Shown here: positions 21,443 through 30,492 of the stretch, piece after piece
Numbering within the stretch: the first letter of the stretch is position 1
Layout of the letters: the number at the start of each line of letters is the position of its first letter
Origin: Verrucomicrobiota bacterium
GTDB taxonomy: Bacteria > Verrucomicrobiota > Verrucomicrobiia > Opitutales > Cerasicoccaceae
DNA length: 64,000 nt
Direction: 5' to 3'
Assembly: GCA_039818205.1 (NCBI GenBank)
Contig: JBCBUK010000006.1
Span: 192,001-256,000 of the forward strand
The notes under the pieces: model-generated
The model's database searches: none
Told to the model about the DNA's origin: nothing
Seen by the model: the letters and a program-made list of their open reading frames with translations, nothing else
Made by a program: the position numbers and the translations under genes

Positions 21443-22201
21443 GTGTCACCCGATTCGCATGCCATCATTTTGGTAACTCCCGTTTGGAACGATACGGATC
21501 GTTTACGGAGCTTTGCGCCGCACTTGGCTAAGGCGTTAAAAGCAGCAGAGCTCGACATCCATTGGATTGTGGCTGATGACGGCTCCGATGCTTCTGAGCG
21601 TGCACGATTGGTGGAGTTAGTGGAGGAGATCGAAACCTGGTATTCGCCCGTGGAATTGGTTACTGTTCGTGAGCGCAGTTTTAAGGGCGGGGCAATCTAT
21701 CATGCTTGGGATCAGTTTCCTGAAGCTGAATGGGTTGGCTTCGTTGATGCCGACGGAGCAATCGACGGGGAAACCACTGTTCAACTGATTCGCGAGGCAA
21801 TCACGATGGAGTCTAATGGGATTGTTATTGGCATTCGTGAGCATTCTTCCGAAACACCCGTAAATCGCAAAGGCGTGCGACAGTTGTCGTTTCACTTCTT
21901 TCGGATCCTGGTTCGTCTGCTCACGGGTCTCCAATGCAAGGATACCCAGTGCGGAATTAAGATTGTTGCGGGTCCGCTCTACCGCAAAGTGGCTTCCACG
22001 CTGCAAGAGCGTGGCTTTGTTTTCGATGTTGAGCTGCTTGCTTTATTGAAGGCGCATGGTGGCGAACTTCGAGAGTGTCCGATTCCCTGGCAGGAAGTCT
22101 CTGGAGGCCGAATTGTTCCTTGGAAGCACGCTTGGTCGATGATTGGCGGCCTTATCCGTATTCGCCGCCGGTTGAGAAATTCTCGTCTTGTGAGTGACTA
22201 A
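21443..22201 (+). CDS. GT2 glycosyltransferase (dolichyl-phosphate glucosyltransferase-like)
   Basis: VTPVWND, VADDGS, FVDADG (DxD), DTQCGIK, GFVFDVELL. Confidence 0.85.
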   Translation: MSPDSHAIILVTPVWNDTDRLRSFAPHLAKALKAAELDIHWIVADDGSDASERARLVELVEEIETWYSPVELVTVRERSFKGGAIYHAWDQFPEAEWVGFVDADGAIDGETTVQLIREAITMESNGIVIGIREHSSETPVNRKGVRQLSFHFFRILVRLLTGLQCKDTQCGIKIVAGPLYRKVASTLQERGFVFDVELLALLKAHGGELRECPIPWQEVSGGRIVPWKHAWSMIGGLIRIRRRLRNSRLVSD

Positions 22202-22216
22202 AAGAAGCCGGATGGA

Positions 22217-24403
22217 CTATTGTCCAATAATACTGAGGTTGGCACTCATCATCCAACATTCCCGTGAGTCGTCGAGTTTAACGAGACTCCAATCTCCACG
22301 GGATTCAATGATTTCGACCTCGAGTCCCTCGTAGACTGGTTCGGCAAAGGCGTTTTGATAAGCATAGCTTGGCCCCTTCTTGGCAAAAAAGTCACCGTCG
22401 GTGACGACGCCTGATGGCAGTGCAGTTGCCTGACGAAAAACAAACAGAAGGAGCGAGGCGGCCAGCAATAAAGAGGTGGTGATTAGGGTGCTCCGGCATC
22501 GCCAATCGGGATAGCGAACCTTGAGTAGGAGCACGGCCCAGAAAGCGAAGTTGAAAACAATGAGCAACAACTGAACCCAGTTCAGCGGAATCCGTTCCCA
22601 CCAAGGCTTCGTTTGTGGAACTGTGTTTGCGACCAGCATGCGAGCAACTTGTAGGTTCTCATTGAGTCCATTGTCGAATGGTAGATATCGCTCAGCTTCA
22701 CGATAGGCTGTGATCGAACGCCCTAGGGACCCTGCTTCGAACCAGGCATTGCCAGCATTGTACCAGGCTTCACCTACATGGTCTCCTGCTTTGGCGGCAG
22801 CCTCAAACTTCAGAGCCGCTTCTATAAACAGGAACTCAGCTTTGCTTATATCGCCCGATGCCGCCAAGGCCTGCTGATGGAGCTCTTGGGCTGTGTCCCA
22901 TTCCTCCGCTGGTAACTCCGTTTGCCCTAAGAGGAATAGACTGAGGACAAACAGGCTTGAGCGGCCGACCAGGCGATTTATTCGCAAGGCAATACCGCTG
23001 AGTTTAGAGTAGTCGGTTGGACCCTCAAGCGGGCCGAATTGCTCGCCGTCGGCACGAGTGTGCATCTCCTCGATTGATGCAATGTCTTCCCGGTCTGCCC
23101 CAATAGCGCGGAGCGCCTTCTTGGAATCGCGAATCGTCCATGCACGCTTTCCCGCGCGGAAGGTCGCAGCCATATAGGCAAGAAAAGCCTCCCACTGCTC
23201 GGGTGAATCGCACGTGCTTTTCTTAAAGGCGTCATAGGCCGCTACTTGGTCCCGGTAGTGAGCGTCCATGGCGCGTCGCCGGCGTTCTTTAGCGATGGGA
23301 AGCAAGGCGACAAAAAGAACTGGACCTAGGAGCAAGATCGGCCAGAAACCGATCTGGATCCAACGAAAAAGGAGATTCATGAGGTCGTTCATTTTATTTC
23401 GATCGAGGTTGTGCCAGATGCCTTGTGATTGTGAGATCAATGGTGTGCCAAAGTCTTGAAACACTGTGAGTTGATCCGCAGTGTCGGATTCCTGGATGGT
23501 CATTGGAACACTCTGGGTTGTAACGATTTTAAAAGTCCCGCTAGCCGGATCGAATACCTGAAACTCAATTGGCGGAAACTGCTTTGATGTTGCAGCAAGC
23601 GGACGAAAGCTGGTTTGGAAAGTCGCACCGCTCTCGTTCCAAAGGCGATTGTATCCGCCGTTGATGAGGAAGCGACGACGCAGGGCTCGTTGGTTAGCGA
23701 TCTTGGGTAACGAGAGCATGGCTGCGGGAACGGGAGTCGACACTTGAATATCGAGTTTCACGAGGCTGCCCACGGTAGTGTCCGTACTTCCTAGATCGAC
23801 TTCGAAACTAACGGGATCAAACAAGCCACTAAAGCGTGCATCAGCTCCGGGTGGCAAGGGAAGAACCTCGATCGATAAGCTATCAGAACTGATCGAAACT
23901 AGGTCGTGTTTCTGACTACGGTCGATGGCTTCGAAAAAACCGTTGTTAAAATAAGATGCGTAGCGTCCGAAGACACCCGCAGCCCGATGCAGACGGGCAA
24001 ACTTTAATGCAACATCACCAATCTCATAATTGCCTGGCCTCTCAAATTTCACGTAGATCGGTAGCGTGATCGTGCCAAGCGCCTCGTGATTATCGAGATC
24101 AAGTGTTCGGGTAGCAATGGCGCGACGACCACCGATTGGCAACCCGACTTGATCATTCTCTGGGGCGGTGTTTCGTGGAATGACCACTTGGACCTGGTCG
24201 TCGTAGAATATCGCTGGCTCAAGGCTAAGTGCGCGGATTGCGGTTGCTTTGATGTCGCTGCGCCAAACCAAATTGAGTCGAATGGGTTCGCCAACGTAAG
24301 CCGTCGTCTTCTCTGAAGAGACCGTAAACGACGTTCCCGCGTCGCTTGCGAGGCTTGAGCGGGCGATTGCCAATAATAAAAGTAGTAAAGTGAGGGCGCG
24401 CAT
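22217..24403 (-). CDS. BatD-like domains fused to a BatE-like TPR/SH3 C-terminus
   Basis: Signal peptide, AYVGEPI BatD-type start, internal TM segments, TPR WYNAGNAWFEAGSLGRSI and SH3-like KGPSYAY..EGLEVEI..RGDW. Last gene of the MoxR operon. Confidence 0.7.
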   Translation of the reverse strand: MRALTLLLLLLAIARSSLASDAGTSFTVSSEKTTAYVGEPIRLNLVWRSDIKATAIRALSLEPAIFYDDQVQVVIPRNTAPENDQVGLPIGGRRAIATRTLDLDNHEALGTITLPIYVKFERPGNYEIGDVALKFARLHRAAGVFGRYASYFNNGFFEAIDRSQKHDLVSISSDSLSIEVLPLPPGADARFSGLFDPVSFEVDLGSTDTTVGSLVKLDIQVSTPVPAAMLSLPKIANQRALRRRFLINGGYNRLWNESGATFQTSFRPLAATSKQFPPIEFQVFDPASGTFKIVTTQSVPMTIQESDTADQLTVFQDFGTPLISQSQGIWHNLDRNKMNDLMNLLFRWIQIGFWPILLLGPVLFVALLPIAKERRRRAMDAHYRDQVAAYDAFKKSTCDSPEQWEAFLAYMAATFRAGKRAWTIRDSKKALRAIGADREDIASIEEMHTRADGEQFGPLEGPTDYSKLSGIALRINRLVGRSSLFVLSLFLLGQTELPAEEWDTAQELHQQALAASGDISKAEFLFIEAALKFEAAAKAGDHVGEAWYNAGNAWFEAGSLGRSITAYREAERYLPFDNGLNENLQVARMLVANTVPQTKPWWERIPLNWVQLLLIVFNFAFWAVLLLKVRYPDWRCRSTLITTSLLLAASLLLFVFRQATALPSGVVTDGDFFAKKGPSYAYQNAFAEPVYEGLEVEIIESRGDWSLVKLDDSRECWMMSANLSIIGQ

Positions 24404-26454
24404 CAGTAGTCTTTTTCCACGTTGGCAGCGCTGGCTCCGGCCCGTTTTTGTTGGCGAAACTGCTGGCTTCCTTGCTCCTCCAAGAGGATGTCTTCGGCTG
24501 AGTAGTTTGGGATTGGTAGTGTCTGCATCTCACTTTGCGCGGCAAAGTCTCCTGCGGACATGTCACTGGAGGTGGCACTCTGTTCAGCATCATCCATGTA
24601 GTCGTACTCATCGCTCATGGGATCACCTTCACCGTCGGAAGGCGCGTTGGAATCGCTCATGAACAGTTCGATGATCTCCGTGATGCGGGTGATTGCCTCG
24701 CTTTGCGCAGTCAACGCAAGGCTCCATTCGGAAGTTTGCGGAAGTGATTTTTCAGAGTCGTTTTGCATCGAAACGACGAGCCCAATTAGGCTTACGGCTT
24801 GCCGAATGTTGATTAGGTATTCGGGAGGGACTCCCTCCTTAGAAAATAGTGTTTGATCAAGCGTTTCAAGCCGGCTACCGATTGCTTGGGCGCGGGCTTT
24901 GAGCGCTGACTGTTGCTGAGCCAATTCGTTTCCGAGTGCTTGCGTCGCATCTTGCTGCGTCTTCTCCGTTACCGTTTTCAATGCTTCTTGGTCGTCGCGA
25001 AGTGATTCCAGTTCATTCAGGATCTCCTCAAGCTCCTCTTGAATGAGTGCTTCGGCAGCTTCGCGGTCACGAATAGCTTTCTGTATATGCTCAACGAGTT
25101 GAGCTATCGTATCGAGCCGTCGCCCTGCACGTTCGAAGCTTGGAGAATATCGTTTTGCACTGAGATAAGCCGATTGGGATTGTCGGGCTATTCGTAGTGC
25201 CTCCCAGGGGTTAGCAGACATTGCTTCCTCTGCTAATGCATTCAGACAGAGGCCCCGGTTGAACTGGACCACTGCTAGGTCTTCGGCATTGGCGTTTACC
25301 TGATTGGCGTCGGCTTCTAGGGTTGCAAACGACTCGGCCGCATCCCCGTAGTTCTTGGCTTCGTAGAGCTCTACGGCTAATTGAAATTCATTGGTGAATA
25401 TATCGCTCGCAGCTTCTGTCCGTGGGCTGAAAAAGACAGCGATCGCAATCGCAACCATTGGAGTCGTTGGCACTTTACTTAGTTTCCATCGATGAGCAAC
25501 TAGCAGAAATAGTAGGGCCGGGACCAAGAAGAACGCATTGGCTTCCTGGTAGGTCAGCGTTCCTTGGTCTTGTTCAAATAGCTTGCGTGGCTTGTCTTTG
25601 GTCTGGTCCAAATAGATGTTGCCGAGGTGAAACGGAGCTGTAGTTACTGGATAGTAAGTGACGCGGTTACTCTTCGATGCAAAGCTTGAAAGCGACGAAT
25701 CCTCCAGTCGTGTGTAGATGAGGCCTTCCTCGTTTTTCATCAGGCGCTTCAGGCCTTTGTCATCAATGATCGGAATCGTGGCTCCCTGGTTTGGATTTCC
25801 GATACCGACGATGAGCGAATCGACTCCATGCTCATCGAGGAGCTCTGTGATGCGGTCCATTTGTGAGCTATGATCTCCGCCATCAGTGATCACGACGAGA
25901 TCCTGCAGGCCTTCGCGGTTATCCATGAACACCTGATCGACCGCCTTCTCAACAGCGGACTGAAGTGCCGTCCCTCCAAAGTCCACGGCCCGTGGATGGA
26001 TTTGGTCGAGCATATAGTTAACGAAGTCGTAGTCTTCAGTCAGTGGACAAAATATCGTCGCACTCCCGGCAAAAGCAATAAGACCAACTCGTTCGCCATT
26101 GAGTGAGGTTAGCGCATCGCGAATACCCTGTTTGGCGACCTCGAGGCGATTCGGTTGGGCGTCCTCAGCAAGCATGCTTTGCGACACATCAAGCGCGAAG
26201 ACAACATCACGCTCGGATCGGCTGAAGGACTCCCGTATCGGATCGTAGCCGGGCCGAGCGATAGCCAGAACCAACAGTATCCAGCTAGTCAGAAACAACC
26301 CATTGCGAATCCGTCGGTTAGGGGAAAGACTACCACCCATGGCTTGGACTGTCTTCTCACGATTGCTCTGCGCATAGCGGAGCACCCAGACCAAAAGGCC
26401 TGAGGCAGGGAGCAGCAAAAGCATTGCTGGCCACTGAAACGTGAAATCGGTCAT
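24403..26454 (-). CDS. BatB-like VWA-domain membrane protein with TPR/coiled-coil tail
   Basis: MIDAS DVSQSM, PNRLEVAK, FAGSA..CPLTED, ITDGGD, C-terminal VEKDY. Confidence 0.85.
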   Translation of the reverse strand: MTDFTFQWPAMLLLLPASGLLVWVLRYAQSNREKTVQAMGGSLSPNRRIRNGLFLTSWILLVLAIARPGYDPIRESFSRSERDVVFALDVSQSMLAEDAQPNRLEVAKQGIRDALTSLNGERVGLIAFAGSATIFCPLTEDYDFVNYMLDQIHPRAVDFGGTALQSAVEKAVDQVFMDNREGLQDLVVITDGGDHSSQMDRITELLDEHGVDSLIVGIGNPNQGATIPIIDDKGLKRLMKNEEGLIYTRLEDSSLSSFASKSNRVTYYPVTTAPFHLGNIYLDQTKDKPRKLFEQDQGTLTYQEANAFFLVPALLFLLVAHRWKLSKVPTTPMVAIAIAVFFSPRTEAASDIFTNEFQLAVELYEAKNYGDAAESFATLEADANQVNANAEDLAVVQFNRGLCLNALAEEAMSANPWEALRIARQSQSAYLSAKRYSPSFERAGRRLDTIAQLVEHIQKAIRDREAAEALIQEELEEILNELESLRDDQEALKTVTEKTQQDATQALGNELAQQQSALKARAQAIGSRLETLDQTLFSKEGVPPEYLINIRQAVSLIGLVVSMQNDSEKSLPQTSEWSLALTAQSEAITRITEIIELFMSDSNAPSDGEGDPMSDEYDYMDDAEQSATSSDMSAGDFAAQSEMQTLPIPNYSAEDILLEEQGSQQFRQQKRAGASAANVEKDY

Positions 26455-27476
26455 GGGATCGTGCGAAGCCAGGTTGATTCAAGTATCAACGCGAGGGTGA
26501 GAGCGAATAGTGCAATGGTCGTTGGGATCCAGGCCAACTGAACAACTCGTTGAGAGCTTCGGGTTGCGATATCCGTTTGTTCCAGCTCGTTGATCTCGCG
26601 ATAGACGGAACGCAAAGACTCGACGTCGTGCGCTTGGCGGAAGATACCACCGGTTTCGTTGCTGATGTGCTCTAAGACCTGTTCAGCAGAATTGAGCTGA
26701 TTGTCGGATTCCTTTGCAATATCGATCGGAGGATCTCCCAGGCTGATCGCATAGACTCGGCAATCCCAGGCTTTGGCGAGGCCAGCAGCTTCGGTCGGTA
26801 GATGATTACCGGAATTGTTTTCACCGTCGGTGAGTAAGATGATAACCCGGCTCTTGATGTTCTTTAGGTCTTCTTGCCGAGCGTTTTGCTGGAGCTCTTC
26901 GAGGTTCTTTAGGCGGGCAGCAGCCAAGGCGAGTGCATCACCGTAGGCGGTGCCATCTTCGTTTGGGCGTTCCTGGATGTCGACGCCTCGGATGATCTGG
27001 AGCAAGGCGTCGTGGCCGAAGGTGAGTGGGCTCCGGGTGTCGGCGTAGCGCGCAAAGGTGATCAAGCCGATCAGGTCGTCGGGGCGCCCCATGAGCGTGT
27101 CGTCATCGCCCGCGACAAACTGCTCAACGATGGTTTTGGCAACGTCCATCCGAGTGCGCTTCTTGCCGCTAGAATCACCAGTAATAGTCATCCCCATACT
27201 GCTGGAGACATCGACCAATAGCTGGATTGCAATCCCTCGTTTGATGTCTTGCGAGTAATAGGACATTCCTTGGGGCTTCGCGATCGCGACGACTACACCG
27301 CATATCGCTAAGCCCTTTAACGCAAATGGCAACCAGCTGAACTTGATTCGCAATGAACTGCCGCCATTCCAAAGGCGTTTGGAGGGTACGTTGATAGAAG
27401 CATACTTTCGCTTCCAAAAGGCAATGAGCAGTGAGGGCGGTATTAGCAACAACAGCCAAGGATAGGCGAAGCTCAT
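26451..27476 (-). CDS. BatA-like VWA-domain protein
   Basis: FAYPWLL, MIDAS DVSSSM, SPLTFGH, GTAYGDAL, LLTDGENNSG, INELE. Confidence 0.88.
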   Translation of the reverse strand: MSFAYPWLLLLIPPSLLIAFWKRKYASINVPSKRLWNGGSSLRIKFSWLPFALKGLAICGVVVAIAKPQGMSYYSQDIKRGIAIQLLVDVSSSMGMTITGDSSGKKRTRMDVAKTIVEQFVAGDDDTLMGRPDDLIGLITFARYADTRSPLTFGHDALLQIIRGVDIQERPNEDGTAYGDALALAAARLKNLEELQQNARQEDLKNIKSRVIILLTDGENNSGNHLPTEAAGLAKAWDCRVYAISLGDPPIDIAKESDNQLNSAEQVLEHISNETGGIFRQAHDVESLRSVYREINELEQTDIATRSSQRVVQLAWIPTTIALFALTLALILESTWLRTIP

Positions 27477-28210
27477 GAGCCCACCTCCTTCTCCAGTAGA
27501 TTAGCCAATAGCTCGTGATTGCAGTCTGAGCCATAGACAAACTGCTCCATAGTAGCCTGCAATTCAGGTGAAAGCGAAGCTGTGTGCGTTGCCAGATAAT
27601 TTTCAACTAAAGGGGTTGGGTCTTGGTCATTCTTCAGTGCGCGGCATAGATCTTCGAGGGCGTCCGATGTATCATTATCTTCGCCGGGATTTGCTGCACA
27701 CCGTTTCTTTTGAATGACTATGCCGCCGATCACGACGACGATGGCAAGGGCAACGATGACCGCCTTCTGAGCACTGTTCGAGGAGCTGGATGGGGCGGGT
27801 AGGCTGGCTGCAGTCGCATCGGTATCCGCTGCACGATAGGGAGCGATCGGAATCGTAAGCTCTGGCAAAAAAGCTTCCTGGCTGCGATCGATGAACTGCA
27901 GTCTAACCGGGATTGGCGCAATGATTGCACTGCCTGATGACACCGCTTGCAGCACAAACCGGATGCGATGGAAGTATCGTCCCGAGTCGTAGTCAGTGCT
28001 GTGCGCACTTTGATCGATGAGCTGTAGTTTGTGGTGTCTAGGCCAGGTGATTTCTGCGTTACTGAGCGAATCACTTTCGATGGTGGCGATCAACTCGATC
28101 AGGTCGCCCGGCTTGGTTTTATCGGGTGATACCTGCCAGCTCAGGTTTGTCTCACCAAAAAGTAGCGAGCAGAGGAGAGGGAAAAGAAGCCATGGAAAAA
28201 ACGTCTTCAT
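27473..28210 (-). CDS. Bat-operon membrane-anchored hypothetical protein
   Basis: Signal peptide, beta-rich domain and one TM segment. Translationally coupled to both neighbours. Confidence 0.65.
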   Translation of the reverse strand: MKTFFPWLLFPLLCSLLFGETNLSWQVSPDKTKPGDLIELIATIESDSLSNAEITWPRHHKLQLIDQSAHSTDYDSGRYFHRIRFVLQAVSSGSAIIAPIPVRLQFIDRSQEAFLPELTIPIAPYRAADTDATAASLPAPSSSSNSAQKAVIVALAIVVVIGGIVIQKKRCAANPGEDNDTSDALEDLCRALKNDQDPTPLVENYLATHTASLSPELQATMEQFVYGSDCNHELLANLLEKEVGS

Positions 28211-29079
28211 TACCCGCCCGTCTCGTCAACTGCCTTGCGCTGTTGCGCATGAAAAAACTGTGCAAGGGCTTCGACGACATCGCTACCGGCTTCTACCTCA
28301 AGATGATCGACTCCTGCTGACATCATTAGGTCGCGGATCTGTTTGCGATGCTGCTGATCTGAGCCTTTGCCGCGCCTGAGTTCGATCACCTCTCGTTCAC
28401 CCGTCTCCGAATCGGCAATATGGATCAGGCCATTGGGAACATCAGCGGGCAAAGGTTTCTCGCTAACGTGAATAGCGAACACCTGATGTTGATTGGACAG
28501 CATCTGAAGCTCTTGTAAGTCGACGTCGAATAAGAAATCCGAAAGAATAAAGATGATCGAATGTTTGCGAATCATCCGCCCCAAGCCGTGTAGTACCGCG
28601 TTGAGGTCCGATGCTTGGTGTGCCGGTTCGTGTTCGACAAGCTCCGTCAGCAGACGCATGGCATGAGAGCGTCCCTTGCCCGGCGCGGTGATGTGCTCAA
28701 TAATGTCCGTAAAGAGCATCAAGCCAATACGATCATGATTCTTTATCGCGGCAAAGGTAAGCATCGCGCTCAGATCGCGGACTGTTTTGAACGTTCGTCC
28801 TTTGGGATCATGGCGCATCGATGCTGAGGCATCCACCAATAGGTAGAAATGCTGCTCTCGCTCCTCGATGAAGCGTTTGATGTGCGGCTCCCCGGTTCGC
28901 GCAGTTACGCGCCAGTCCATGGCACGAACGTCATCTCCAGGTTGGTAGCTTCGAACATCTTCAAACTCAATTCCGCTACCCCGGAACACCGAGCGAATCT
29001 TGCCGGCCAATAGGTGCTCAACGGGCCGACGACACTTGAACTCCAGGAGGCTGATTTGGCTCTCAATATTGTCCAGCAT
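28210..29079 (-). CDS. DUF58 family protein
   Basis: SVFRGSGIEFEDVRSYQPGDDVRAMDWRVTAR, EERE, VDASASM. Start set to the first ATG. Confidence 0.92.
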   Translation of the reverse strand: MLDNIESQISLLEFKCRRPVEHLLAGKIRSVFRGSGIEFEDVRSYQPGDDVRAMDWRVTARTGEPHIKRFIEEREQHFYLLVDASASMRHDPKGRTFKTVRDLSAMLTFAAIKNHDRIGLMLFTDIIEHITAPGKGRSHAMRLLTELVEHEPAHQASDLNAVLHGLGRMIRKHSIIFILSDFLFDVDLQELQMLSNQHQVFAIHVSEKPLPADVPNGLIHIADSETGEREVIELRRGKGSDQQHRKQIRDLMMSAGVDHLEVEAGSDVVEALAQFFHAQQRKAVDETGG

Positions 29080-29131
29080 CGTGCGTGAAATCGGGGTTAA
29101 CACCAAAGGCCGAAAAGGCTGGCGGAGTGAA

Positions 29132-30145
29132 CTAGCTCGTCACCTCGTCTTCGGTGACTGGAATTTGCTTTAAGATGGTCTCGAGGAGATCGTCTGAGTT
29201 GATTGATTCGGCCTCAGCGCGATAGGATATCGCAATCCGATGTCGTAATATGTCGTGCGCGACATCTTTGACGTCCTGTGGTGTGGTATATTCGCGGCCT
29301 TCCATCAAGGCATTGCCTCGAGCAGCCAACGAAAGAAAAATCGATGCGCGAGGCGAGGCGCCGAAGCGGATGTACTGGGATAGGTTCAGATTAAACTGTT
29401 TGGGATCGCGTGTCGCGTTGACGATTCGGAGAATATACTTCTCGACCTTCTCGTCGATGAATACGGCGTCAATTGCCTGGCGGAGGTTGAGGATAGCGTC
29501 GATGTCGATCACCGGTTTGACTTCCAGCATCGGTTGGCTGCGGGCCATGCGCTGCATGATAACCAATTCCTCATCCGGGCTTGGGTAGCCAACCTTCAAC
29601 TTGAACATGAACCGGTCCACCTGCGCTTCGGGTAGGAGGTAGGTGCCTTCTTGTTCAATCGGGTTCTGGGTCGCTAGGACTAAGAATGGTTTGGGCAGAG
29701 GGAAACTCTCCTTGCCGATCGTGACCTGCTTTTCCTGCATCGATTCGAGCAACGCACTTTGCACCTTGGCAGGTGCGCGATTGATTTCGTCGGCTAGAAG
29801 CAAGTTGGCAAAAATTGGTCCTTTCTCCGGCGTGAACGAGTAGGTTCGCGGGTCGTAAACTTGAGTGCCGGTAAGGTCACCAGGGAGCAGGTCGGGCGTA
29901 AACTGTATCCGACTAAACTGCGCATCTATCGCTTGGGCCAGTGAGTTTACCGTTAGTGTTTTGGCCACGCCGGGCACACCTTCAATCAGGACGTGACCGT
30001 TGGTGAGTAGCGCCAGTAACAAGCGATTAACTAATGTTTCTTGCCCAACGATGACCTCACTGAGGCATTGCCGAATTGAGGCCAACGTTTCTGCAACCGC
30101 CGCCATGCTTGCACGGCTTTCCTCTGATGCTTGAAGACTGCTCAT
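29132..30145 (-). CDS. moxR: MoxR family AAA+ ATPase
   Basis: EGVPGVAKT, RIQFTPDLLPGD, LADEINRAPAKVQSALLE, ATQNPIEQEGTY, GASPRA. Confidence 0.95.
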   Translation of the reverse strand: MSSLQASEESRASMAAVAETLASIRQCLSEVIVGQETLVNRLLLALLTNGHVLIEGVPGVAKTLTVNSLAQAIDAQFSRIQFTPDLLPGDLTGTQVYDPRTYSFTPEKGPIFANLLLADEINRAPAKVQSALLESMQEKQVTIGKESFPLPKPFLVLATQNPIEQEGTYLLPEAQVDRFMFKLKVGYPSPDEELVIMQRMARSQPMLEVKPVIDIDAILNLRQAIDAVFIDEKVEKYILRIVNATRDPKQFNLNLSQYIRFGASPRASIFLSLAARGNALMEGREYTTPQDVKDVAHDILRHRIAISYRAEAESINSDDLLETILKQIPVTEDEVTS

Positions 30146-30492
30146 GACAGTAAATTCGTGATAGGTGCCGATGGAGTGGAGGCGATGATCTCGGATGCGG
30201 GCTTCATGTTCAAGTTGCTGACCTTCAATAAGATATTGGGCTGAATGATTCGGTCTTAAACCTTAGGGCGCTTGTAGTTTTTTTGCAATTCTTGTTGTCG
30301 AATATAAGGAACAAATATGCGTGTATGTTTTGGGCATAGTCAATGTAATCTCCGGATATCTTTCGGCTAGATTCGAAACTGACCAACACGTCTCTGTGCC
30401 GTTTCTATTCTGGCAGCGCAGTCCGCAAAATTGGAAAATTTTCGGTGGCGCATCCTGAGTTTGTCTCCATGCTTGGGAGTTTTTCTGTTTCC

